Part shown: positions 8,511 to 17,367 of the stretch, piece by piece
Numbering within the stretch: the first letter of the stretch is position 1
How the letters are laid out: each line of letters opens with the position of its first letter
IMG/VR virus record: IMGVR_UViG_2695420763_000014
Length of the DNA: 32,361 nucleotides
Strand: one strand, 5' to 3'
Source of the DNA: a virus
Taxonomy: Duplodnaviria > Heunggongvirae > Uroviricota > Caudoviricetes
The notes under the pieces: generated by a model
The model's input: the letters and a program-made list of their open reading frames with translations, nothing else
Database searches by the model: none
What the model was told of the DNA's origin: nothing
Translations under genes and position numbers: made by a program

Positions 8511-8556
8511 CGCCCTCAATATCCTGTGATGAATAACCGTACCGGGGGAAATCATC
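8511..8556 (+). promoter_or_regulatory. candidate middle promoter Pm region (Mor-dependent)
   Basis: By position only: between the early terminator and the first middle ORF; contains tgtgatgaat, a possible extended -10. No Mor site verified. Confidence 0.3.
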
Positions 8557-8775
8557 ATGGGTAAAGGCTGGAATGCATCCTTTCATCTTGGCAGACGTGA
8601 GCGGCTGCGTCAGGAGGTTTTGCACCGTGTCGCCGGTGGGCCACGGCCTGCGCCCCGCGACTATACCGGTCATGATGGCACTCACGGCAGTTATTACATG
8701 AAAGGCTGGCAGTCAGTTGATATGCCGGAAATTCTTCATCATTGCCTGCTTTACAGGGAGAAACATTATGTCTGA
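8557..8775 (+). CDS. small middle-operon protein, unknown function
   Basis: 72 aa ORF with SD gggggaa upstream. Confidence 0.5.
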   Translation: MGKGWNASFHLGRRERLRQEVLHRVAGGPRPAPRDYTGHDGTHGSYYMKGWQSVDMPEILHHCLLYREKHYV

Positions 8776-9130
8776 GCGTTCTGCTCGTCAGTGGCCTGAT
8801 TTTTTATCGGTGGTGTTACTGGCGCTGTTATTGTGGATAAGTCTGTTTTGTGGCTGGCGCGCGCTGATGTTTTGCTGTGCCTCGGTTTTCAGTGTTGCTT
8901 TATGTGTTGCCGCTGATTGTCTGGATGCGCTGATAATGAGCTGCCGGGTACCTGAACATTTTGCCCGGTTCGTCTGGCCTCTGACCTGGCTGGGGAGTCT
9001 GTCCGGGCTGGGATTAGCCGTGATGGCAACGTCTCAACTGAAAACGGGTCCTGAGCATGTCATCTGGGCGCTGGCCGGATTGCTGACGTTCTGGCTCTCC
9101 TTTCGTTTTCGCGCTCGTCTGTTCGGGTAA
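8768..9130 (+). CDS. small membrane protein, unknown function
   Basis: Start at ATG 8768 with SD agggag 7 nt upstream; 120 aa with several hydrophobic helices (VVLLALLLWISLFCGW, LAGLLTFWLSF). Confidence 0.55.
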   Translation: MSERSARQWPDFLSVVLLALLLWISLFCGWRALMFCCASVFSVALCVAADCLDALIMSCRVPEHFARFVWPLTWLGSLSGLGLAVMATSQLKTGPEHVIWALAGLLTFWLSFRFRARLFG

Positions 9131-9139
9131 AGGGGCACC

Positions 9140-9259
9140 ATGTACAGAAAATTCAGTGATGAATGTTTCGGGCCGTCCACGCTGATGAGTGCGATAAAAG
9201 TGATTGCCCTTGTGGTTCTGATAACCATCAGTGCCATGGTGTATCTTTCTGTCTGTTAA
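9140..9259 (+). CDS. very small membrane peptide (39 aa), unknown function
   Basis: Translated by hand: MYRKFSDECFGPSTLMSAIKVIALVVLITISAMVYLSVC; SD aaagggg upstream; fills the gap before C. Below the ORF-track length cutoff. Confidence 0.35.
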   Translation: MYRKFSDECFGPSTLMSAIKVIALVVLITISAMVYLSVC

Positions 9260-9271
9260 CCGGGGGAAAAT

Positions 9272-9694
9272 ATGCAGCATGATTTATTTGAACACGATCC
9301 GGCAATTCGCCAGTTAATCGGACATATTGATAACATCCCGGCCCCGGAACTGGAATCACGCTGGCCCCGTTCGGTGGTTGATCTGATTGATGTTCTGGAA
9401 AACGAACTGAAACGCCAGAACGTCAGCAATCCCCGCGAGCTTGCCCGTAAACAGGCCGTTGCCCTGTCCTGTTTTCTGGGGGGGCGGCAGTTTTACATCC
9501 CCTGCGGCGATACTATCCTGACCGCGTTACGCGACGATTTGCTTTACTGCCAGTTCAATGGTCGTAACATGGAAGAACTGCGTCGCCAGTACCGCCTGTC
9601 CCAGCCGCAGATCTACCAGATTATTGCCCGCCAGAGAAAGCTGCATACACGACGTCATCAGCCTGATCTGTTCTCACCTGAAAGCCAGAAATAA
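9272..9694 (+). CDS. C: C protein, late gene transcription activator (Mor/C family)
   Basis: 140 aa, same length as Mu C; paralogous to Mor; SD gggggaaaa upstream; sits before the lysis and structural genes. Confidence 0.85.
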   Translation: MQHDLFEHDPAIRQLIGHIDNIPAPELESRWPRSVVDLIDVLENELKRQNVSNPRELARKQAVALSCFLGGRQFYIPCGDTILTALRDDLLYCQFNGRNMEELRRQYRLSQPQIYQIIARQRKLHTRRHQPDLFSPESQK

Positions 9695-9716
9695 CCGGCA
9701 TCCTGCCGGTTATTTC
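9694..9716 (+). terminator. candidate terminator after C
   Basis: Stem accggca (9694-9700) / tgccggt (9704-9710) with a 3-nt loop, followed by tatttcctgt; short T-tract, so weaker than the early terminator. Confidence 0.4.
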
Positions 9717-9785
9717 CTGTCACCATAATCCAGCACCTGCCATCTGATTTTTTAGACTGCCATCAGAGCATTTTTTCAGGGAAGC
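9717..9785 (+). promoter_or_regulatory. candidate late promoter region upstream of lys (Plys position)
   Basis: By position; contains cATAATCC...GCACCTGCC, a motif also present upstream of gene I. Confidence 0.3.
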
Positions 9786-10304
9786 ATGATGGCGGGGATA
9801 CCAAAAAAACTGAAAGCCGCACTGCTGGCGGCAACGATTGCCGGTGGCGGTGTGGGTGGTTATCAGGAAATGACCCGTCATTCTCTGATCCATCTGGAAA
9901 ATATCGCTTATATGCCTTACCGCGATATTGCCGGTGTGCTTACGGTCTGTGTGGGACATACCGGGCCGGATATCGAAATGCGCCGTTACAGCCATGCGGA
10001 GTGTATGGCTCTTCTCGACAGTGATTTAAAACCGGTTTATGCGGCAATCGATCGTCTTGTCAGGGTGCCGCTGACGCCATATCAGAAAACGGCGCTGGCA
10101 ACGTTTATTTTCAACACCGGTGTTACCGCATTCAGTAAATCAACGCTGCTGAAAAAACTCAATGCCGGTGATTACGCCGGAGCGCGTGACCAGATGGCCC
10201 GCTGGGTGTTTGCCGCAGGCCATAAATGGAAAGGACTGATGAACCGTCGCGAAGTGGAAATGGCTATCTGGAATATCAGGGGGGCGGATGACCTTCGCCA
10301 GTAA
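9786..10304 (+). CDS. lys: endolysin, phage lysozyme family with an N-terminal SAR (signal-anchor-release) segment
   Basis: 172 aa; weakly hydrophobic Gly/Ala-rich N-terminus (LKAALLAATIAGGGVGGY); T4-lysozyme-like catalytic spacing E-8-D-5-T in HLENIAYMPYRDIAGVLT. Confidence 0.85.
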   Translation: MMAGIPKKLKAALLAATIAGGGVGGYQEMTRHSLIHLENIAYMPYRDIAGVLTVCVGHTGPDIEMRRYSHAECMALLDSDLKPVYAAIDRLVRVPLTPYQKTALATFIFNTGVTAFSKSTLLKKLNAGDYAGARDQMARWVFAAGHKWKGLMNRREVEMAIWNIRGADDLRQ

Positions 10305-10674
10305 AAGTTTACTGCTGGCAGCCGTGTTTGCCGCCATTCTGTCCGGGGTGTTGTGGCACAGGCTGGACAGCACCCGCCACGATAACCAGACGCTGCGCCG
10401 TGAATTACAGACGGAGCAACAGGCCCGCAACACGGCTGAATGGTTGTTACACAGTCAGGAACAGACGATGCAGGTATTTTCCGCTATCCGTGCCGCAAAT
10501 CGTGCCGCGCGGCTGGCAGACGAGACAGAACATCATGATGCAAAACAAAAAATTACAACCGCCATTACCGGTGACAATTGCAGCACTCGTCCTGTGCCTG
10601 CCGTTGCTGCTGACAGGTTGCGGGAACTCGAAAAACGCACCCGTGCCATCGGTGGTGATCCTGCCCGAAACTGA
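10288..10674 (+). CDS. i-spanin (Rz-like inner membrane spanin)
   Basis: 128 aa; N-terminal TM helix (LLLAAVFAAILSGVLW) followed by a charged, probably helical periplasmic domain; directly after the endolysin. Confidence 0.6.
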   Translation: MTFASKSLLLAAVFAAILSGVLWHRLDSTRHDNQTLRRELQTEQQARNTAEWLLHSQEQTMQVFSAIRAANRAARLADETEHHDAKQKITTAITGDNCSTRPVPAVAADRLRELEKRTRAIGGDPARN

Positions 10675-10876
10675 TGCAGAACTGACGGAAGCAACGCCCG
10701 TACCGCCCATGCCACAGCCCCTGACGTGGGGAGCATCCCTGCTCTGGAATGCTGACCTGCTGATGGCGCTCGGGCAGTGCAACCGCGACAAGGCATCAGT
10801 CCGGGAACAGGAGACCCGGAGGAAAGAAATTTATGAACGAAGACCAGAACCGGGCGGTGGCGCTGCTGCTCGCTGA
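10535..10876 (+). CDS. o-spanin (Rz1-like outer membrane lipoprotein), overlapping the i-spanin in another frame
   Basis: Internal ATG at 10535 gives MMQNKKLQPPLPVTIAALVLCLPLLLTGCG with lipobox LLTGC; proline-rich mature part; starts inside the i-spanin gene and runs past its end. Confidence 0.5.
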   Translation: MMQNKKLQPPLPVTIAALVLCLPLLLTGCGNSKNAPVPSVVILPETDAELTEATPVPPMPQPLTWGASLLWNADLLMALGQCNRDKASVREQETRRKEIYERRPEPGGGAAAR

Positions 10877-11027
10877 ACTCTGGCAGGGGAATACCCGTGA
10901 TATTCCCCGTCCGGCGGCGTATGACCCGCCTGTATTGTGCGCCGGTTGCGGTCGTGAGCTGCGGCCTGATGTGCTGAGACAGCAGCCGATGGCGAACTAC
11001 TGCCACTGGTGCCGTGGAGCAGAATAA
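10833..11027 (+). CDS. small protein with C4 zinc-finger-like motif, unknown function
   Basis: 64 aa; CAGC...CHWC; SD ggagga upstream. Confidence 0.5.
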   Translation: MNEDQNRAVALLLAELWQGNTRDIPRPAAYDPPVLCAGCGRELRPDVLRQQPMANYCHWCRGAE

Positions 11028-11329
11028 TGGATTCAGTTTTAGCGTTATGGCCTTACCTGTTGTACCTGTTGCCTGTCGCCGCCGGTGGGGCCGTCTGGGC
11101 GATGCGTCGTAGTTTTGCCAGCACCGAGCGTGTGGAGCGTCTTGAAAACCGGATGACCGAAATGGAAACCCGCTACGCCAGCATCCCTGGCACAGAAGAT
11201 GTACACGAAATGCGCCTGCGAATTGCAGAGCTGTCCGGCGATATCCGGGTGCTGTCCCAGCGGGTGCAGTCATTTTCCCATCAACTGGAGCTGCTGCTTG
11301 AAAACGCAGTAAACCGGAGTAATTCATGA
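11027..11329 (+). CDS. small membrane protein, candidate lysis regulator (Mu gp25 / releasin position)
   Basis: Start at ATG 11027 overlapping the previous stop (alternative 11009); N-terminal TM helix (LALWPYLLYLLPVAAGGAVWA) then a coiled-coil-like region; in the gp25 position after the spanins. Confidence 0.5.
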   Translation: MDSVLALWPYLLYLLPVAAGGAVWAMRRSFASTERVERLENRMTEMETRYASIPGTEDVHEMRLRIAELSGDIRVLSQRVQSFSHQLELLLENAVNRSNS

Positions 11330-11616
11330 TTAACGATATTCTGACCGAAGACCGTCGTCTGGTCATCCTGCGTTCCCTGATGGACTGCAATAACGAAGCA
11401 AACGAATCCATCCTTCAGGACTGTCTGGATGCATACGGACACAACGTTTCCCGCGATGTGGTTCGCGGCCAGATTGACTGGCTGGCAGAGCAGCAACTGG
11501 TCACCGTGGAAAACCTGCGCGGCTTTTATGTCGTAACGCTGACCTCCCGTGGTCAGGATGTGGCAGAAGGCCGCGCCCGCGTTGCCGGTGTCAAGCGTCC
11601 GCGTCCCCGTGCATGA
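11326..11616 (+). CDS. hypothetical protein (Mu gp26 position)
   Basis: 96 aa ORF, SD ggag upstream, ATGA overlaps at both ends. Confidence 0.5.
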   Translation: MINDILTEDRRLVILRSLMDCNNEANESILQDCLDAYGHNVSRDVVRGQIDWLAEQQLVTVENLRGFYVVTLTSRGQDVAEGRARVAGVKRPRPRA

Positions 11617-11627
11617 CAGGAGGCGTG

Positions 11628-12203
11628 ATGGACAGGAAAACACGGGGCCGGGCTTCAAAAGTGGATTTACTGCCGGAAAACGTACGTAAAACGCTGCATG
11701 AAATGCTGCGTGATAAGGCGATCCCACAGGCCCGCATTCTGGAAGAAATTAACGCACTGATTGAAGACGCTGGCCTGCCGGATGAGATGAAACTCTCCCG
11801 TTCCGGTCTGAACCGTTACGCGACGAACGTCGAGCAGGTAGGCCATAACCTGCGACAGATGCGTGAAATGACGTCAGCACTGACCGCAGAACTTGGCGAC
11901 AAGCCAATGGGAGAAACCACAAAGCTGATTCTGGAAATGGCCCGCAGCCAGCTTTTTAAGGCCATGATGCGGCAAATCGAAAACCCGGAATCTGACGTGG
12001 ATATTGACCTGCTGAAAAATGCCATGCTGGCGGCACAGCGTCTGGAATCCACGGCAATGTCCAGCCACCGGCGCGAGAAAGAAATCCGCCAGGCATTCGC
12101 AGAAGAAGCGGCAAACGCCGTCAGTGAAGAACTGCGCGGGCAGGATGGCATCAGCGAAGAGCTGGAGCAGCGTATCCGTGATGTGCTGCTGGGTAAGGCA
12201 TGA
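11628..12203 (+). CDS. putative terminase small subunit / DNA-binding packaging protein (Mu gp27 position)
   Basis: Start at ATG 11628 with SD aggagg 5 nt upstream (ORF track starts at 11613); immediately upstream of the large terminase. Confidence 0.55.
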   Translation: MDRKTRGRASKVDLLPENVRKTLHEMLRDKAIPQARILEEINALIEDAGLPDEMKLSRSGLNRYATNVEQVGHNLRQMREMTSALTAELGDKPMGETTKLILEMARSQLFKAMMRQIENPESDVDIDLLKNAMLAAQRLESTAMSSHRREKEIRQAFAEEAANAVSEELRGQDGISEELEQRIRDVLLGKA

Positions 12204-12210
12204 GAGGGTT

Positions 12211-13866
12211 ATGAACACCAGAGAAAACAATCTTAAAGCCCTTCATGCCCCCCGAAAAATCGACCTGCGTAAGGAAGCCGAACTGCTGGGCGTGAATATC
12301 GTTACCGATATCGGGGAAGCACAGCCTCGCAATGAACCGGTTTTTCTGGGTTATCAGCGCCGCTGGTTTGAGGATGAAAGCCAGATTTGTATTGCTGAAA
12401 AATCCCGTCGTACCGGTCTGACATGGGCCGAAGCGGGCCGCAATGTCATGACGGCAGCAAAGCCGCGTCGCCGTGGCGGTCGCAACGTTTTTTATGTGGG
12501 TTCCCGTCAGGAAATGGCGCTGGAATACATTGCCGCCTGTGCCCTGTTTGCCCGCGCCTTTAACCAACTGGCAAAGGCTGACGTATGGGAGCAGACCTTC
12601 TGGGACAGCGACAAAAAAGAAGAAATCCTCACCTACATGATCCGCTTTCCGAACAGCGGATTTAAGATACAGGCGCTGTCAAGCCGCCCGTCTAACCTGC
12701 GTGGTTTGCAGGGGGACGTGGTGATTGATGAGGCGGCATTCCATGAAGCCCTGGACGAACTGCTGAAAGCGGCCTTTGCACTAAACATGTGGGGTGCCAG
12801 CGTGCGCATCATATCGACACATAACGGCGTCGATAATCTGTTTAATCAGTACATTCAGGATGCGCGCGAGGGGCGCAAGGATTACAGCGTTCACCGCATC
12901 ACGCTGGATGATGCCATCGCTGACGGGTTGTACCGACGTATCTGTTACGTCACGAATCAGCCGTGGTCGCCGGAAGCGGAAAAAGCCTGGCGTGATGGCC
13001 TGTACCGGAATGCGCCAAATAAAGAGAGTGCCGACGAGGAATACGGCTGCATTCCTAAAAAATCCGGGGGCGCTTATCTGTCACGCGTGCTGATTGAAGC
13101 CGCCATGACGCCAGCGCGGGATATCCCGATTCTGCGTTTTGAAGCCCCGGACGATTTTGAATCGCTGACACCACAAATGCGCCACGGCATCGTTCAGGAC
13201 TGGTGTGAACAGGAGCTGCTCCCGTTGCTCGATGCGCTGTCGCCGCTCAATAAACACGTACTGGGCGAAGACTTTGCACGCCGTGGCGACCTGTCGGTGT
13301 TTGTGCCGCTTGCCATCACGCCTGACTTACGCAAACGCGAATGTTTCCGCGTGGAGCTGCGTAATGTGACCTATGACCAGCAGCGACAAATCCTTTTATT
13401 CATTCTGTCCCGTTTGCCCCGTTTTACCGGCGCTGCATTTGATGCCACCGGTAACGGCGGTTATCTGGCAGAAGCCGCCCGTCTGATTTATGGCCCGGAG
13501 ATGATCGACTGTGTGAATCTGACCGCATCCTGGTATCAGGAGTGGATGCCAAAACTGAAAGGCGAGTTTGAAGCGCAGAACATCACGATTGCCCGGCACC
13601 AGACCACACTTGATGACCTGCTCCACATCAAGGTGGACAAAGGTATTCCGCAGATTGATAAGGGGCGCACAAAAGATGAAGGCGGTAAAGGCCGACGACA
13701 TGGCGACTTTGCCGTGGCGCTCTGTATGGCTGTCAGGGCGTCTTATATGAATGGTTTTGTTATCGACGAGGACAGCATACAGGCGCTGCCACCACGCCAC
13801 CGTGGTGATGATGTTGATAACGATGATTTTGATGATTATCACCAGTTTGAACGAGGGGGCTGGTAA
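12211..13866 (+). CDS. terminase large subunit
   Basis: Start at ATG 12211 (MNTRENNLKAL...) with SD gagaggg, just after the previous stop; the ORF-track start at 12019 overlaps the previous gene. About 551 aa, upstream of the portal. Confidence 0.8.
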   Translation: MNTRENNLKALHAPRKIDLRKEAELLGVNIVTDIGEAQPRNEPVFLGYQRRWFEDESQICIAEKSRRTGLTWAEAGRNVMTAAKPRRRGGRNVFYVGSRQEMALEYIAACALFARAFNQLAKADVWEQTFWDSDKKEEILTYMIRFPNSGFKIQALSSRPSNLRGLQGDVVIDEAAFHEALDELLKAAFALNMWGASVRIISTHNGVDNLFNQYIQDAREGRKDYSVHRITLDDAIADGLYRRICYVTNQPWSPEAEKAWRDGLYRNAPNKESADEEYGCIPKKSGGAYLSRVLIEAAMTPARDIPILRFEAPDDFESLTPQMRHGIVQDWCEQELLPLLDALSPLNKHVLGEDFARRGDLSVFVPLAITPDLRKRECFRVELRNVTYDQQRQILLFILSRLPRFTGAAFDATGNGGYLAEAARLIYGPEMIDCVNLTASWYQEWMPKLKGEFEAQNITIARHQTTLDDLLHIKVDKGIPQIDKGRTKDEGGKGRRHGDFAVALCMAVRASYMNGFVIDEDSIQALPPRHRGDDVDNDDFDDYHQFERGGW

Positions 13867-15404
13867 TGGGCCGTATTCTGGATATTTCCGGGCAGCCGTT
13901 TGATTTTGACGATGAAATGCAGACCCGCAGCGATGAGCTGGCAATGGTCATGAAGCGCACGCAGGAGCATCCTTCCAGTGGTGTGACGCCGAACCGGGCC
14001 GCGCAGATGCTGCGTGATGCCGAACGCGGTGATCTGACAGCACAGGCTGACCTGGCCTTTGATATGGAAGAAAAGGACACCCACCTTTTTTCCGAACTGA
14101 GCAAACGCCGCCTTTCCATTCAGGCGCTGGAATGGCGCATCGCTCCGGCACGTGATGCCAGCGCACAGGAGAAAAAAGACGCTGACATGCTGAATGAATA
14201 TCTGCATGATGCGGCGTGGTTTGAAGATGCCCTGTTTGATGCCGGTGATGCCATTCTCAAGGGCTATTCCATGCAGGAGATTGAATGGGGCTGGCTGGGG
14301 AAAATGCGCGTGCCGGTGGCGCTGCATCATCGCGATCCGGCGCTGTTCTGCGCGAACCCCGACAATCTGAACGAATTACGCCTGCGTGATGCGTCTTATC
14401 ACGGGCTGGAGCTGCAACCGTTCGGCTGGTTTATGCACCGGGCCAAATCCCGCACCGGGTATGTCGGCACCAATGGCCTTGTGCGCACGCTTATCTGGCC
14501 TTTTATTTTTAAAAACTATTCCGTGCGTGATTTTGCAGAGTTTCTGGAAATTTACGGACTCCCCATGCGCGTCGGTAAATATCCGACCGGCTCAACGAAC
14601 CGCGAGAAAGCCACGCTGATGCAGGCTGTGATGGATATCGGGCGACGTGCCGGTGGCATTATTCCGATGGGGATGACGCTGGATTTTCAGAGCGCCGCAG
14701 ATGGTCAGTCTGATCCCTTTATGGCGATGATTGGCTGGGCAGAAAAAGCGATTTCAAAAGCCATTCTGGGCGGCACCCTGACCACAGAGGCTGGCGATAA
14801 AGGTGCACGGTCGCTGGGTGAAGTGCATGATGAGGTTCGCCGGGAAATCCGTAACGCGGATGTGGGCCAGCTTGCCCGCAGTATTAACCGTGACCTGATT
14901 TATCCCCTGCTGGCACTGAACAGTGACAGCACCATTGATATTAACCGCCTGCCGGGCATTGTATTTGATACCAGTGAAGCGGGTGATATTACGGCACTGT
15001 CTGACGCCATTCCGAAACTGGCGGCGGGAATGCGTATTCCGGTCTCCTGGATACAGGAAAAACTCCATATTCCGCAGCCGGTCGGTGATGAAGCCGTGTT
15101 TACTGCTCAACCGGTCGTCATGGATAACGGTCCGCAGAAAGAGGCCGCATTATCCGCTGAAGATATCCCGCAGGAGGATGATATCGACCGGATGGGCGTC
15201 TCACCGGAAGACTGGCAGCGTTCGGTTGATCCCCTGCTGAAACCCGTCATTTTTTCTGTGCTGAAAGATGGCCCGGAAGCCGCCATGAACAAAGCTGCTT
15301 CATTATATCCGCAGATGGATGATGCAGAACTTATCGACATGCTGACCCGTGCCATTTTTGTTGCCGATATATGGGGGCGTCTGGATGCCGCAGCAGACCA
15401 TTGA
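13866..15404 (+). CDS. portal protein (Mu H / gp29 family)
   Basis: 512 aa; TAATG overlap with the terminase; position between terminase and F. Confidence 0.8.
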   Translation: MGRILDISGQPFDFDDEMQTRSDELAMVMKRTQEHPSSGVTPNRAAQMLRDAERGDLTAQADLAFDMEEKDTHLFSELSKRRLSIQALEWRIAPARDASAQEKKDADMLNEYLHDAAWFEDALFDAGDAILKGYSMQEIEWGWLGKMRVPVALHHRDPALFCANPDNLNELRLRDASYHGLELQPFGWFMHRAKSRTGYVGTNGLVRTLIWPFIFKNYSVRDFAEFLEIYGLPMRVGKYPTGSTNREKATLMQAVMDIGRRAGGIIPMGMTLDFQSAADGQSDPFMAMIGWAEKAISKAILGGTLTTEAGDKGARSLGEVHDEVRREIRNADVGQLARSINRDLIYPLLALNSDSTIDINRLPGIVFDTSEAGDITALSDAIPKLAAGMRIPVSWIQEKLHIPQPVGDEAVFTAQPVVMDNGPQKEAALSAEDIPQEDDIDRMGVSPEDWQRSVDPLLKPVIFSVLKDGPEAAMNKAASLYPQMDDAELIDMLTRAIFVADIWGRLDAAADH

Positions 15405-16704
15405 TCTGGCGTATGCCGCACGCCTCCCGCCAAAGGAGGCTGTCGCGTATTTCCGCGCCAAAGGCTACAACATCACCTGGAACTGGTACGAACAACTGGC
15501 AGACGCGCACGCACGCGCCTTTACCGTTGCCAAAGCCACCCGGATGGATGTACTGACCACAATCCGTGAGGAAGTGGAGCGGGCTGTCAGTGAAGGCATC
15601 ACCCGTGAGGAATTTACCCGCACACTGGCCCCCCGGCTGCAAAAACTCGGATGGTGGGGAAAACAAATCATCGTGGATGCAGACGGAAACGCAAAGGTAA
15701 TCGAGCTGGGCAGTCCGCGTCGTCTGGCAACCATTTATAACGTCAATACCCGTACGGCGTATGGGGCAGGACGTTATGCGCAGATGATGAATACCGCCGA
15801 TTTGTACCCGTACTGGCAGTACGTTGCCGTTATGGATGGCAGAACACGCCCGGAACATGCGCGGCTGCACAATATGGTTTTCAGGTATGACGACATTTTC
15901 TGGCAGACGCATTACCCGCCCAATGGCTGGAACTGCCGCTGTCGCGTCCGGGCGCTGTCTGCGGCCCGCATGAAAGAACTGGGGCTACAGGTCAGTTATG
16001 GTGCGTCATTCATGAATACCCGCGAAGTGGATGCCGGTACGGATGAAAGCACCGGAGAGATTTTCCGCACATCGTCAACCACGTTTGACAACGGTCGGGT
16101 AAAAATGACGCCGGATGTGGGCTGGTCATATAACCCGGGTTCGGCGGCGTTTGGTACGGATCAGGCACTGATTCGAAAACTGGTGGAAATTCGCGACGCG
16201 CAGCTGCGTGAGCAGGTTGTGCAGACGCTGAATAACAGCCGGGAGCGTCAGCTTGCTTTTTCCCTCTGGCTTAAACGCCTGGCAGGATCACGTCAGACCG
16301 GTCATGAAATCCGGGCACTGGGTTTTATGACGGAATCGGTAGCTGAAGCCGTACATCAGCGCACCGGGAATATGCCAGCCCGTCTGCTTGTGATGAACGG
16401 GAAAAGTCTGGCGACCACTGCTGATGCCGCCCTGAAACCGGAGGATTTACAGCATCTGCCGTCGCTGATGGCAAAACCACAGGCAGTATTGTGGGACAGG
16501 GAGAACCACCAGTTGCTGTATGTTGTGGCAACCCGTGACGGCATGGCCCGGATTGTGGTCAGAACATCACAGACAGTCGGCAGGCAGAATGACCGTGCGG
16601 ATGTGCTGGTCAGTATCAGCCGCGTATCTGCACAGTCGCTTGAAGCCGCGATTGCTGACGGGATGATTGACGTACTGGAGGGGCATGTGGAGGTGAATAA
16701 GTGA
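15385..16704 (+). CDS. F: minor head / head morphogenesis protein (Mu F family)
   Basis: Start placed at ATG 15385 (MPQQTIDL...), overlapping the portal end by 20 nt; about 439 aa; follows the portal as in Mu. Confidence 0.7.
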   Translation: MPQQTIDLAYAARLPPKEAVAYFRAKGYNITWNWYEQLADAHARAFTVAKATRMDVLTTIREEVERAVSEGITREEFTRTLAPRLQKLGWWGKQIIVDADGNAKVIELGSPRRLATIYNVNTRTAYGAGRYAQMMNTADLYPYWQYVAVMDGRTRPEHARLHNMVFRYDDIFWQTHYPPNGWNCRCRVRALSAARMKELGLQVSYGASFMNTREVDAGTDESTGEIFRTSSTTFDNGRVKMTPDVGWSYNPGSAAFGTDQALIRKLVEIRDAQLREQVVQTLNNSRERQLAFSLWLKRLAGSRQTGHEIRALGFMTESVAEAVHQRTGNMPARLLVMNGKSLATTADAALKPEDLQHLPSLMAKPQAVLWDRENHQLLYVVATRDGMARIVVRTSQTVGRQNDRADVLVSISRVSAQSLEAAIADGMIDVLEGHVEVNK

Positions 16705-17171
16705 GTCTTGATATGAACGTTGCCGTGGATGTGCGACGTATTCAGCTTGCACTGGATGAACTGGGAACCGTTACACGTGACCGCGCCATTCCCCGTGTGA
16801 TGGCTGCGGCGCTGCTGTCATCCACGGAACAGGCATTTGAACGGCAGGCAGACCCGGATACAGGGAAAGGCTGGGAAGCGTGGAGCGATTCGTGGCAGGC
16901 ATGGCGTCAGGATCATGGTTTTGTTCCGGGCAGTATCCTTACCCTGCATGGCGATCTGGCACGCAGCATTACCACCGATTATGGACAGGATTATGCCCTG
17001 ATTGGTTCGCCAAAAATTTATGCTGCCATTCATCAGTGGGGCGGTACACCCGATATGGCACCCCGCCCGGCAGGCGTTCCTGCGCGTCCTTATATGGGGC
17101 TGGATAAGACCGGGGAACAGGAAATTTTTGATGCCATCAGAAAACGCGTCAGCGCCGCTCTGAGGCAATAA
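16701..17171 (+). CDS. G: virion morphogenesis protein (Mu G family)
   Basis: 156 aa; probable GTG start at 16701 with SD ggaggtg 5 nt upstream (alternative ATG 16713); overlaps the F stop. Confidence 0.6.
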   Translation: MSLDMNVAVDVRRIQLALDELGTVTRDRAIPRVMAAALLSSTEQAFERQADPDTGKGWEAWSDSWQAWRQDHGFVPGSILTLHGDLARSITTDYGQDYALIGSPKIYAAIHQWGGTPDMAPRPAGVPARPYMGLDKTGEQEIFDAIRKRVSAALRQ

Positions 17172-17367
17172 ACGGAATCAGACATGAAATCAGCCGCACA
17201 GATTTTTTAAAACGCGCCACGGGATTTTTAAACCGGTATTTAACGGTGTATGAATCCCGTTTTATCTTCATTCCACTTTCTTTCTCCATTACTCAAATAG
17301 CATAACCCCAGATTTTCCCGCACCTCCCGCAAACTGACTGCTCACAAACCATGATGAGCAGCAGGAC
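17172..17367 (+). promoter_or_regulatory. central G-I intergenic region: position of the Mu strong gyrase site and of the late promoter for I
   Basis: 196-bp non-coding gap at the centre of the phage; 8-bp perfect inverted repeat acgggatt (17219-17226) / aatcccgt (17253-17260); motif cATAACCCC...GCACCTCCC upstream of I. Confidence 0.45.

Noticed and set aside
10533-11411. 292-aa minus-strand ORF antisense to the spanin and gp24-gp26 genes
   Set aside because: Overlaps four tightly coupled + strand genes with good starts; product is Arg/Ser/Pro-rich low complexity; judged spurious.
12019-12210. ORF-track N-terminal extension of the large terminase, starting at 12019
   Set aside because: Would overlap the preceding gene by 185 nt; the ATG at 12211 with SD gagaggg right after the upstream stop is the sensible start. 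Similar extensions rejected for ORFs starting at 3643, 5919, 7506, 11613 and 15349.
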